Shown one piece after another: positions 20,618-29,426 of a DNA stretch of 64,000 nt; the first letter of the stretch is position 1; every line of letters starts with the position of its first letter. The position numbers and the translations under genes were made by a program. The notes under the pieces are model-generated. The model was not told the DNA's origin and searched no databases. It was given only the letters and a program-made list of their open reading frames with translations. The DNA is taken from contig OZ220684.1 in assembly GCA_965116395.1 (NCBI GenBank), forward strand, positions 2,151,447 through 2,215,446. The letters are read 5' to 3'. This DNA comes from Caldilineaceae bacterium (GTDB lineage: Bacteria > Chloroflexota > Anaerolineae > Caldilineales > Caldilineaceae).

Positions 20618-20640
20618 ACTAAAAACTAGAAACTGAAAAC
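20618..20640. repeat. heptamer tract, family 1 (CTGAAAA/CTAAAAA-like)
   Basis: ACTAAAAACTAGAAACTGAAAAC. Its last 8 nt are the left target duplication of MITE copy A. Confidence 0.7.
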
Positions 20641-21092
20641 GAAACTACGCAGCCACAACTAATCTGCGATCCTGAATGAGGCGAGCAAAGGTGCTCTCTC
20701 AACTCTCTACTTTTATATGGGCGGTCGGGCCTTCGGCCCTCCCTTGTGCAGGGGCTGCGCCCCCGCAACGCCCCCCTACAAAACCATCGCTCACCGACCA
20801 TGTGTGCGCATTCCAGCAGCGTATCTAGCCACCAGTGTTTCCTCCCCCACTTGCCGCCTCAACCCACCGACCATCGACCGCTAATCTCCGGTGTTCCCCT
20901 GACGACTGGTGTTCCACAAAAAACTGAAAACTGAAAACTAAAAACTGCAGTTCCGACCGTGTGTGCGCATTCCAGCCGTGCGGCTCCAGCAACGTGGCAG
21001 CCGCGCCAACCGAATACGCAATCAGATTGCTTGAATGGCGGCAGGGATAAGGGGCTGGTCAAGACACGTACTGTATATGGCTGAGTAGTTAC
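20641..21092 (+). mobile_element. MITE-like element, copy A (rearranged, 452 bp)
   Basis: Ends GAAACTACGCAGCC / GGCTGAGTAGTTAC. Identical 8-bp flanks CTGAAAAC at 20633-20640 and 21093-21100. About 130 bp of unrelated sequence, including a heptamer tract, lies between two copies of CGACC(A/G)TGTGTGCGCATTCCAGC. Confidence 0.7.
20918..20947. repeat. heptamer tract, family 1, inside MITE copy A
   Basis: AAAAAACTGAAAACTGAAAACTAAAAACTG, period 7. Confidence 0.7.
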
Positions 21093-21118
21093 CTGAAAAC
21101 TAAGAACTGACCAAACTA
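21093..21118. repeat. heptamer tract, family 1, overlapping the stop codon of the isomerase gene
   Basis: CTGAAAACTAAGAACTGACCAAACTA. The minus-strand stop lies at 21116-21118. Confidence 0.6.
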
Positions 21119-21922
21119 CAGTTCAGACAGCGCGCGCTCGTAGCCGCGCAGCGTCGCGATCTCGCGCGGCAGGTGAACGTCCGTCGGCTCCCAGTTGATC
21201 CATTCGCCGCTGAGATATCCCTCGTAGCCGCCGCCGCGTAACAGCTCCAGCACCTGCTTGTGATCGACATCCCCCGTGCCGAAAGCCGTATAGTCCGGGC
21301 GTTCGGCGTCGATGAACACGTCGTGCATATGGACATGGCGGATCCAGCGCCGCAGCGTGTCATAGGAATCTGCCAGCGTCCAGCCCTCTGTGCGCACCGG
21401 ATGCGCGGCATCCCAGTTTACGCCAATCGCCGGACGATCGACCCGTTCCATAACCGCGGCTACATTGGCGGGGTTGCACCAGGCATCGTGCGTTTCCATG
21501 CATACGACGACCCCGCGCCCGTCGGCCCGATCCGCCAGCCGCGCAAGCGCGTCCGCCACGCCGCTGATGGCCGATTCCCTGTCGATGCCCTCCGGGATCC
21601 GCCCGCCGAAGACGCGCAGCGTCGGCGCGCCGATGTCCGCGGCCAGGTCGATGTACTGGAGGGTTTCTTCCACCTGCGCGTCCCGGTCCGCGGGATCGGC
21701 GAAGCGGTTGCCTGAAGCCAGGCAGCAGATGGCGATGCCGGCGTCAGCCGCCTGCGCGCGGAAGGACGCCCGCTGCTCCGCCGACGCCTCCAACTCCACC
21801 GCGTGCTTGTGGCCGCCGGCGGCCCGCGGCTCGATGCCATCGTAGCCGTACTGCGCCGCCAGCGCCAGCATCTCCGCGAAGGTCGCCTGCGGGCAGGAAA
21901 AGCTCATGAATGCAAAGTTCAT
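21116..21922 (-). CDS. sugar phosphate isomerase/epimerase (xylose-isomerase-like TIM barrel)
   Basis: The family-like sequence starts at MNFAFMSFSCPQATFAEMLALAAQYGYDGIE (ATG 21920-21922). The 91 upstream codons of the track ORF are Arg/Trp-rich and overlap the next gene. Confidence 0.8.
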   Translation of the reverse strand: MNFAFMSFSCPQATFAEMLALAAQYGYDGIEPRAAGGHKHAVELEASAEQRASFRAQAADAGIAICCLASGNRFADPADRDAQVEETLQYIDLAADIGAPTLRVFGGRIPEGIDRESAISGVADALARLADRADGRGVVVCMETHDAWCNPANVAAVMERVDRPAIGVNWDAAHPVRTEGWTLADSYDTLRRWIRHVHMHDVFIDAERPDYTAFGTGDVDHKQVLELLRGGGYEGYLSGEWINWEPTDVHLPREIATLRGYERALSEL

Positions 21923-21983
21923 CGCTTCAAACTCCTTTTCTGTAAAATTTCCTCTGTTAATCGAACTTGGGTTCGCGGCCGCA

Positions 21984-23045
21984 TCAGGCCGCAGATACCT
22001 CCACCGCCTCCCCCCTCTCCGCCGACCGGTACATTGCATCGGTGATCTGTTGCACCAGCAGCGCCTGCGCCAGCGTCGTCTTGGGAGGACGGCCTGAGCG
22101 GACCGCCGTCGCGAAGTCCTCCAGCAGCGCGCGGTGGATGTCCATGTAGGATTCGCTGCCCGTCCACAACGTCTGTGTGGTCGTTCCATCTGCACGGTCG
22201 TTTTCGTAGCACAGGATCTCCTTCTCCTGCGCTGGCGTCATCCACAGGCGCAACGACCCTGCCTCACCAATCACCTCCCACGATGTCTCCGCCTGCGCCG
22301 CGGCGTACTCGCCCCGCTCATACGTGAGCGCGATACCGTCGGCGCAGCGCACCAGCCCGGCGATGTGCGTCTCCCCGTCGGATCCCGGCGCAACCGTATC
22401 GGCGAAGGTGGAGGGAACCCGCCAGCTCTGCGCCAGGACCGTTTGCGGGCGCAGCCGCCAGCCGCTGATGCCCAGCAGATAGTCCAGATCGTAGCAGCCC
22501 CAGTTGACAAGAATACCGCCGCCATTCAGTTCGCGGCTGAGCCGCCAGGCCGGCGGCGGCGTTTCCGGGGCCGGCCCCGCCGGGAAGATGGCGCGGCAGC
22601 GGAGCAGGCGCAGCGCGCCCAGCTTGCCCTGGCCGATCCAGTCGGTAACAGTCCGGGTCGATTCCAAAAAATGAAAACGGGACGAGCAGCAGGCCGCGAC
22701 CCGGTCCCCCTGGACAGAGATCAGCCGCCGCACCTCGTCCGCACTGCGGGCCACCGGTTTTTCCGTCAGCAGGTGTTTGCCCGCCCGCAGGGCCTGCATC
22801 CCCAACGCAATGCGAAAACTGGCCGGCAGCGCCAGCACCACAGCCTCTACCCGCGCATCAGCCAGCAGCTCTGCGCCGCTGTTGTAAACTGTCCCTACCG
22901 CATAGGCAGCGGCAGTCTTTTCCGCCAACGCCCGCTGCACGTCAGCGACGGCCGCCAGCTCGATCTGATCGGAGGCCGCGGCCGCTTGCGCATGGGCCGC
23001 GCCGATCGTTCCGCAACCGATGATGCCGAGTTGTAGGGGTGTCAT
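21984..23045 (-). CDS. Gfo/Idh/MocA-family NAD(P)-dependent oxidoreductase
   Basis: LQLGIIGCGTIG Rossmann motif and EKP motif (LLTEKPVA). Confidence 0.85.
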   Translation of the reverse strand: MTPLQLGIIGCGTIGAAHAQAAAASDQIELAAVADVQRALAEKTAAAYAVGTVYNSGAELLADARVEAVVLALPASFRIALGMQALRAGKHLLTEKPVARSADEVRRLISVQGDRVAACCSSRFHFLESTRTVTDWIGQGKLGALRLLRCRAIFPAGPAPETPPPAWRLSRELNGGGILVNWGCYDLDYLLGISGWRLRPQTVLAQSWRVPSTFADTVAPGSDGETHIAGLVRCADGIALTYERGEYAAAQAETSWEVIGEAGSLRLWMTPAQEKEILCYENDRADGTTTQTLWTGSESYMDIHRALLEDFATAVRSGRPPKTTLAQALLVQQITDAMYRSAERGEAVEVSAA

Positions 23046-23061
23046 TCGCCTGGTTCCTTCA

Positions 23062-23070
23062 TGCTACAAT
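23062..23070 (+). promoter_or_regulatory. extended -10-like element TGCTACAAT upstream of the methyltransferase gene
   Basis: Same 9-mer as at 12182. It lies 44 nt upstream of the ATG at 23114. Confidence 0.3.
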
Positions 23071-23113
23071 GACAGCTGACAGAATACGTACCCTCACGCA
23101 AAGGAACGCGCAT

Positions 23114-23869
23114 ATGGACGCCCCCTCCCCATCCTGGCAAAGACTCTATGCCGATGAGACCTTCAGCTGGATCTGGCCGCCCGCATATGAACCGAATTCG
23201 AATCCGCCCGAGTTGGAGCAGATTCTTTCTCTGCTGAAGCCGCACAAAGGAGCCCGTTTTCTTGACCTGGCCTGCGGGCTGGGATGGCTGACGATCCCGC
23301 TGGCGCTGCGCGGCTTTCAGGTGACCGGTTACGACCTCAGCGACGCAATGCTGACACGCGCCCAAGAATCAGCCGAGCAAGTAAACGCGCAGATCGAGTG
23401 GGTTCGCGGGGACATGCGCAGCCTGCCAGCCAGCTGGACCGCGACCTTCGATTGCGTCACCCTTACCCTCAGCGAGTTCGGATGCTTTCACGACTCGGAC
23501 AATCAACGGGTGCTCGCTGATGTGGCGCGTGTCCTTAAGAGCGGCGGCCGCTTTCTCCTTGACATTGTTGTGAATCGTGACGAGTTGATCCTGAATGGCG
23601 ATCGCAACAACAGCTTCGACGGCGGTGGGTTCTTCATCGCAGACAAGGGAAGCCTTGACATTTTGAGCGGTATTTTCACCAGGGCTTTCCAGTGGTATCA
23701 CCAGGGCCAGCGTCACGAAACCAGTTGGCAGATCCGGGCATATACACCGCCGGAGGTGAAACGGATGTTGGATCAGGCCGGCTTCCGGGAGCTGTCAGCG
23801 TACCGGAACTATGCCGGAGACAGCCTGACGCGGGACAGCGCCGGGATGGTATTCCTGGCCCAGAAGTAG
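23114..23869 (+). CDS. class I SAM-dependent methyltransferase
   Basis: FLDLACGLGWLT (motif I), YDLSDAML, FDCVTL and LKSGGRFLLD. The start was placed at the third ATG, downstream of the -10-like element. Confidence 0.75.
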   Translation: MDAPSPSWQRLYADETFSWIWPPAYEPNSNPPELEQILSLLKPHKGARFLDLACGLGWLTIPLALRGFQVTGYDLSDAMLTRAQESAEQVNAQIEWVRGDMRSLPASWTATFDCVTLTLSEFGCFHDSDNQRVLADVARVLKSGGRFLLDIVVNRDELILNGDRNNSFDGGGFFIADKGSLDILSGIFTRAFQWYHQGQRHETSWQIRAYTPPEVKRMLDQAGFRELSAYRNYAGDSLTRDSAGMVFLAQK

Positions 23870-23913
23870 CCCGTTCTGCGAAGCCCTATGTCGATTCGGC
23901 TCCTGCTGTCAGT

Positions 23914-25290
23914 TCAGCCCCTGTAGTTTCTGTGCGCATTCGCGTTCGTTTCCAGTTGTAACGCCAGCGCCGGGCCAAGTACCGCCGTCGTCATGCCGGC
24001 GTGGTTTTCGCGCCCATGACCGCGCGCGATCGCGCTGACCGAGCGCGCCGAGCAGCCGTGGTCGCGGCCGTCCGGAAAGGCTGCGCGCGCCAGCAGAAAG
24101 TAGGTGCGGGCCAAATCCACCGCGCGCGCCTGCAGCGCGCTGTCCCCCGCAATCTCCGCGGCCACCGCCAGCGTGATCGGATTGTGGCGCCGCTCGCGGC
24201 CGTCTTCCAGCCAGCGCGGCGCGTCCGAGCGCTTGCCCACGCCCGATGCGCGGCGGGCCGGGTGCTTGAACTCTGTGTCCAGGGTGATTTCGGTGATGTC
24301 GAAGGGGTCGAGCCGGGCCACAGCCTCCAATACCGCCTTGTCGTAGCGCCCATCGCCCGTCCAGCGCCTGTAGGACCGTACTGCATCGGTGGCTGCGCCC
24401 GCGTCCGCGTCTGCCAGCTGTGCCGCCAGCGGCTCCAACAGCCGTTCGGCCGCCAGTCGAAAGCGGGGTTCGCCGCTCTCCCGCCACAGGCGCAGGAACG
24501 TATTGATGGCGTCAGAGCCGAGCAGATTCTCCGCCCGGTCGACCTCCGCCTGCAGGTCGGGTGCTTCGCCCATGAACGAGTAGTAGAGCGCTTTATCGTC
24601 GTCGCTGAACTCGTACAGAATGCCGTCGGGGGTCAGGGCAATCGGCAGCGCATCCCCTGCCAGAATCGCGTCCGCCCACTCCCCCGCATAGACCGTCGCC
24701 AACTCGATATAGCGCTTTTTGACCGTCTCCGTCTCCGAGTTCGACGCCGCCAGCAGGCAGATGTTGAGGCAGCGCAGATGGTCCGGCGAGTTAAGCGCCA
24801 TGCCCGGCTCCTGGCGCAGGCCGTCCGCGCCGAAGAAAAGTGAGTGAAAGCGCCGTCTGTCCCAATCGAACCAGTCCGGCGCGCCGGTCGACCAGTTGCC
24901 CATGTGCTCGGCGGCATCGTCCAGCTGCCGGGCCGTCTCCCGGTCATCCGGCAGAATCCGTTGCAGGGCACCCAGGAACAGTTCATAGTGCTCCGTGCCG
25001 TGGTGCGCCTCCTGCATACGCCAGTAGCCATGCCGCCACTGTTGCGTCCGGGTGTAATGATCGCGCATGCGATCGCGTGCCTGTTGCAGAAAGCGCAGAA
25101 TGCGTTCGTCCGCGCCGGCGCGCAGCAGCGGCTCCCAACCGGTGGTGTAGGTGCCCTGATCATGGATATCGGTGGCCGGCTCGTCCGCGTAGCGGTCGAT
25201 GGCCTCGTATGCCCACACGCGCACGTCATCCAGGAAGCGCTGGCAGGCGTGGGGCAGGTCGTGAGAGGGTTCGATCTGACGCCTGTACAT
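23914..25290 (-). CDS. hypothetical protein (458 aa), translationally adjacent to the GH29 fucosidase
   Basis: Long ORF with host-like composition. Its start is 2 nt after the fucosidase stop. I recognise no motif. Overlapping ORFs in other frames were rejected as shadows. Confidence 0.6.
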   Translation of the reverse strand: MYRRQIEPSHDLPHACQRFLDDVRVWAYEAIDRYADEPATDIHDQGTYTTGWEPLLRAGADERILRFLQQARDRMRDHYTRTQQWRHGYWRMQEAHHGTEHYELFLGALQRILPDDRETARQLDDAAEHMGNWSTGAPDWFDWDRRRFHSLFFGADGLRQEPGMALNSPDHLRCLNICLLAASNSETETVKKRYIELATVYAGEWADAILAGDALPIALTPDGILYEFSDDDKALYYSFMGEAPDLQAEVDRAENLLGSDAINTFLRLWRESGEPRFRLAAERLLEPLAAQLADADAGAATDAVRSYRRWTGDGRYDKAVLEAVARLDPFDITEITLDTEFKHPARRASGVGKRSDAPRWLEDGRERRHNPITLAVAAEIAGDSALQARAVDLARTYFLLARAAFPDGRDHGCSARSVSAIARGHGRENHAGMTTAVLGPALALQLETNANAHRNYRG

Positions 25291-25292
25291 GG

Positions 25293-26696
25293 TTACCCCT
25301 GCAGTTCAATCTTGAATGTATAAGCGTGATTGCACGGACGTTGACTGGGCGTGCTCACGGTCAAGGCGTCCCCATCCTGCTTCCAGGCGACAGGCTCGTC
25401 GCTGCCGAGCATCGAAACGCGGCCGATGCGCCCGCCGACCGAAGAGCCGCTGCCCAGCGAGGTGATGGCGGCCTCGCTGCCGGGCCAGCCCAATACGATG
25501 GCATAGAGGGCATTGTCCTTCTGCGTGAAGCGTACATCTTTGGGGGTGAAGGGCTGATTCTTGCGCTCGGACATCTGCCCGTCCGCCACAGCCGTATCGC
25601 CCTCACCGAACCGCTCCCAGTGGCGCGTGCCGTAAATGGCCTCCCCGTTCACATCCAGCCAACCGCCCAGATCCAGCAGCAGCTGGGTCGCCTCCGCCGG
25701 GATGACGCCGTCCGCGCGCGGGCCGACGTTCAGGAGCAGGTTGCCGTTTTTGCTTACGATGTCGATCAGATCGTGAATGATCGTTGCCGCGCTCTTGAAC
25801 TCGTCGTCCTTGACATAGCTCCAGGCCTTGTAGCTGACCGCGGTGTCGGTCTGCCAGTAGTGCGGGCGGATGTCGTCCAGTTTGCCCCGCTCCACATCAT
25901 AGACCGCGACGCCGTCCGGGAACTTGTCCTTATACTGGAGGATAGGTTCGCTGCCCCACTCCAGCGCGCGGTTGTAGTAGTAGGCGGCAACCTGTGGGCG
26001 GTACGGCGCGAACTCATCGTAATGCCAGCCAAAATCGAACCAGAGCACATCCGGCCGGAAATAGTCGATCATCTCAAGCGTGCGCGCGTACCAGTTCTGC
26101 AGAAAGTCCCAGCTGGCGGGCGCGTCCTCCGGATGGGGCGGGTTGTAGAGCTCCTCCAGGCCGGGATCCGTGGTATCGAAGTCATCTGCGTAAGTGTAGT
26201 AGCGCCAGTTGAAGGCCCGGTGGCTGGAGACACCGAATTTGAGGCCGGCCGCGCGGGTTTCCCGCTCCAGCTCCTTACAGACATCCCGCTTTGGCCCCAT
26301 CAGGGCCGAATTCCAGCGGGTATGGGTGCTGGCGTACATGGGGAAGCCGTCATGATGTTCGGCGACGGGCACGATGTAACGCGCGCCGGCCTTGCGGAAC
26401 AGATCGATCCACTGCGCCGGGTCCCAGTTCTCCGCTTTGAACAGGGGGATGAAATCCTTGTATCCGAACTTGGACGGATGGCCCCAGGTCTCCGTGTGGT
26501 GCTGGTAGTAGTTCGGCCCCTTGCGCGAAATCTCGTCCCGGTACATGAAGCGGGGATACCATTCGTTATCGAAGGCGGGGACGGAGTAGGGGCCCCAGTG
26601 GATGAAGATGCCCAGCTTATCGTTCATGAACCATTCGGGCACCTCATAGTTCTGCAGGGAGTCCCAGGTCGGTTCGTAGCGGAAATCCGTGGTCAT
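25293..26696 (-). CDS. alpha-L-fucosidase (GH29)
   Basis: KLGIFIHWGPYSVPAF...YPRFMY N-terminal GH29 signature and overall length. Confidence 0.9.
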   Translation of the reverse strand: MTTDFRYEPTWDSLQNYEVPEWFMNDKLGIFIHWGPYSVPAFDNEWYPRFMYRDEISRKGPNYYQHHTETWGHPSKFGYKDFIPLFKAENWDPAQWIDLFRKAGARYIVPVAEHHDGFPMYASTHTRWNSALMGPKRDVCKELERETRAAGLKFGVSSHRAFNWRYYTYADDFDTTDPGLEELYNPPHPEDAPASWDFLQNWYARTLEMIDYFRPDVLWFDFGWHYDEFAPYRPQVAAYYYNRALEWGSEPILQYKDKFPDGVAVYDVERGKLDDIRPHYWQTDTAVSYKAWSYVKDDEFKSAATIIHDLIDIVSKNGNLLLNVGPRADGVIPAEATQLLLDLGGWLDVNGEAIYGTRHWERFGEGDTAVADGQMSERKNQPFTPKDVRFTQKDNALYAIVLGWPGSEAAITSLGSGSSVGGRIGRVSMLGSDEPVAWKQDGDALTVSTPSQRPCNHAYTFKIELQG

Positions 26697-26954
26697 TGCA
26701 TGGCTCCATGAAGGTTTATTGCGCGCGAAAACGGTCTGTTGCCTGCGGTCATCTTGAGGTCGGTACGGATGAGGAGTGGGTCAATGCGCTGCCGCTTCGC
26801 CGTATGAGCGCCGATATTTCAGGGCAGTATAGAGGGGGACGCCCATCGTGTCCAATCCATGCCAGTTGAAATTTTGCCCGCCGTTGACGCCGGCAGTTGG
26901 ACATTCGGCAGCCGGCGGACCGCCCCGCGGACGGCGCGATTCACAGGCCAACTG

Positions 26955-27350
26955 TCACTCACACAGGCCGCAGTGCAAGAACTGACGGGCCAGCAAAATG
27001 CCGAGCGCCGCGCACAGGAGGCTGATGCCGTTGTTGGCGAGGATATTGACAAGGCCGCCCCAGACGCGCCCGTTCTGCCAGAATGTGACGCTCTCGACGG
27101 CGAAGGTGGAGAAAGTGGTAAAAGAGCCGAGGAAGCCGACGATCAGCAGCAGCCGCAGCTGGGGCGACAGGGCAAAATAGTGGGAACCGGCCGCCACCAG
27201 GAAGCCGGCCAGCAGACTGCCGGCGGCATTGACGGTCAGCGTGCCATAGGGGAAGGCCATCTCCATTTTCCCTGCCAGCCACAGGCTGACAAAGTAGCGG
27301 GCATTCGCGCCCAGCACTGCGCCCAGACCGATCCAAAGTGCGTTCGTCAT
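26955..27350 (-). CDS. crcB: fluoride channel CrcB/FluC
   Basis: 131 aa with four TM segments. GAVLGANARY and FPYGTLTVNAAGSLLAGF motifs. Confidence 0.85.
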   Translation of the reverse strand: MTNALWIGLGAVLGANARYFVSLWLAGKMEMAFPYGTLTVNAAGSLLAGFLVAAGSHYFALSPQLRLLLIVGFLGSFTTFSTFAVESVTFWQNGRVWGGLVNILANNGISLLCAALGILLARQFLHCGLCE

Positions 27351-27531
27351 ATGTCAGCTCGTCTGCGTGCCCATTGCCGCCCGTCCATCATGCGCTCGCA
27401 AAGTCCGAAGCGGCAGCGCATGCTACGGTCGCAGTTCGGACAAGGCGTCCGGCCTGTGCGTGAATGCACCCATTACAAATTTCGGCGGTTGGGCATCTGG
27501 CAGTGGGCGAACATCCCCGGCTGCATGAAGG

Positions 27532-29130
27532 TCACTCAGTCTCAGGCGCTGTCACTTCCGGCGGCTGGCTCGCAATCGGCCCAATCCATTCCGTGTACAG
27601 CAGGTCACCGACCTGCGGGTTGACTTGGCGCAACGCCTCCAACATATCCAGGGACGTGACGATTTTGTACTGATTGTTGGCCAGATAGCCCTGCAGAAAC
27701 TGCTTGAATTCCCGCTCGCCCAGCGTGCGGCGGAGCGCGGAGAAAAAGAGAGCGCCCTTGCCGTAGACGATGCCTTCGTATTGGACTCCATCTGCAAAGG
27801 CCGTCACCGGTTGCGCGAGCGCAGCGTCCTCTTCGCGGCTGATCAACCCGTCAACCACCGCCTCCCAGCGGCGGTATTCCAGAATGTCGGCCGCGTCCGG
27901 GCCATGCACCGCCTCATAGTAGATGCGGCTGGAATATTCGGCCAGACCTTCATCAACCCAGGGCTCGTTGACCGGATCGTTGTGGACTAGCTGGTACCAC
28001 CACTGGTGCGCCACCTCGTGGACCGCCCGAATCTCCAGCTGATCCCGGTATCGGTCATACAACTGCACGCCCAATAGAAAGACCTGCGGGTACTCCATCC
28101 CCCGAAAGCTGATCGGCGCCGACGCCACCCGCAACTCCTCGTATGGATAAGGCCCGAACCAGTCACTGTACACCCGCAGCGACGCCGCCGTATGCTGTAA
28201 GACAGCCCGCCCCGCCTCCTCATGCCCCGGCAGCCAGTAGCTCGTGACGAGCGTGCCATATGCGCTCAGGCTGTCCGACTGGAAGCGATCGCTCATGTGG
28301 ACGATGAACTCGCGCGACGGCTCCGTCTCCCACCGGTGTCGGATCTGACCCTCATCGACCACTGTGGAGGTGATCAACTGACCGCTCGCCACCGGGATCA
28401 TATCGATCGGGACGGTGCCGGAAACAACAAAGCTGGACATGTAGTTGAAGGCCGCGTCCCCGCGACTGGTGCCCCGCTCCAGCCACCAGCGGCCGCTCGC
28501 CGCGGTCGGCCCCGGCTGATAAACGGCCAGCGAGGGGTAAAAGAGCGGTAGGCTCACGAAATCCTGGCTGTAGCCGAAGAGACGATAGGCCCCCGACGTA
28601 TCCGCGCTCCAGTGCGGGATGCGTAACAGCCAGCTCACATAGACGGTCGTCGTCTGCCCGCGCAGCAGCGCCCGCGGCAAGTCCACCCGGATCGCTGTGT
28701 TCTGATCCAAATAGATAAAGGGCGCCGTGCTGCCCTCGACCGTCACGTTCTGAATGCTGAAATCGCCGCCGTAGTGATCCAATGCCGGATAAAGGCGGAA
28801 AACGAGGTGCGTCCAGGGGTCGGCGCTGGTGTTCGGGACGCGGATGTGGGCAGAACCTTGCAGAAAGATCAGATCTTCGCTGAGCGTGAACTCGATCTCA
28901 TAATGCGGGATCGCCTCGGACGCCGTCAGCGAGTCATCCTCTTCCGCGGTTGAAGAGCGAAGTCCGTCACAGGCGGCCAACAGCATTATAAGCAGCAGAA
29001 AGCTGATTCCCACCGCGCCATACGAGGGGAGAACCGTTCTCCCCTTTTTTCTCTTTCTTTGGCTGCTGCCGGCGTCAGGTGTTCGGACAGTTGGCTGCGG
29101 CCAAACTCTCTCCTCTGCGTTTGGGGGCAT
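27532..29130 (-). CDS. M1-family (gluzincin) metallopeptidase with N-terminal membrane anchor
   Basis: HEVAHQWWY (HExxH) followed by WVDEGLAEY. The start was moved to ATG MPPNAEE. Confidence 0.8.
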   Translation of the reverse strand: MPPNAEERVWPQPTVRTPDAGSSQRKRKKGRTVLPSYGAVGISFLLLIMLLAACDGLRSSTAEEDDSLTASEAIPHYEIEFTLSEDLIFLQGSAHIRVPNTSADPWTHLVFRLYPALDHYGGDFSIQNVTVEGSTAPFIYLDQNTAIRVDLPRALLRGQTTTVYVSWLLRIPHWSADTSGAYRLFGYSQDFVSLPLFYPSLAVYQPGPTAASGRWWLERGTSRGDAAFNYMSSFVVSGTVPIDMIPVASGQLITSTVVDEGQIRHRWETEPSREFIVHMSDRFQSDSLSAYGTLVTSYWLPGHEEAGRAVLQHTAASLRVYSDWFGPYPYEELRVASAPISFRGMEYPQVFLLGVQLYDRYRDQLEIRAVHEVAHQWWYQLVHNDPVNEPWVDEGLAEYSSRIYYEAVHGPDAADILEYRRWEAVVDGLISREEDAALAQPVTAFADGVQYEGIVYGKGALFFSALRRTLGEREFKQFLQGYLANNQYKIVTSLDMLEALRQVNPQVGDLLYTEWIGPIASQPPEVTAPETE

Positions 29131-29323
29131 CTGGCGATACCACAGGAAACTCTGCGTGTTTTTCGGATGGGCTACCGTCTCGCCACATGAGCGTCTGTGC
29201 CGACCTGATCCACCTGGCCTTTGAAGATACGCACACACGGACAAATTGCAGGCAAGAAAGGTAGCGCCTAGCGAATTTTATTATATCATAGTGGGACCAT
29301 ACAAAGTAAAGTGTGCACGGATG

Positions 29324-29332
29324 TGCTATACT
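29324..29332 (+). promoter_or_regulatory. extended -10-like element TGCTATACT upstream of the NurA-like gene
   Basis: TGnTAnAcT match about 95 nt upstream of the ATG at 29427. Confidence 0.25.
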
Positions 29333-29426
29333 GTCAACGTCTGAACCGAATCCATTCGAAGCAAGAGGCCGCCTGCAGCCAATCTGCAATACGCAACGCA
29401 GCAAAACTCTGCTAAGGAGAGACTGA

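Noticed and set aside
21923-22195. N-terminal extensions offered by the ORF track (91 codons on the isomerase; also 37 on the STAND gene, 38 on the M1 peptidase, 15 on secA, 21 on the HEPN gene)
   Set aside because: The extensions are Arg/Trp/Cys-rich or overlap the neighbouring gene or its promoter-like elements. Family-conserved sequence begins at the internal ATGs used in the feature table.
24840-26711. 623-aa plus-strand ORF opposite the fucosidase and the 458-aa gene
   Set aside because: The GH29 signature is on the minus strand. The plus-strand translation is repetitive Arg/Pro/Ala and crosses a gene boundary.
27351-27531. Fluoride riboswitch (crcB motif) upstream of crcB
   Set aside because: I read the minus-strand leader for the GGnGAUGG..UUC..CC / AAAC / CUGAUGA..CCUAC pseudoknot pattern and found only loose partial matches (for example CAUGAUGGACGG). 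A covariance-model scan (Rfam RF01734) would settle it. I do not claim it.
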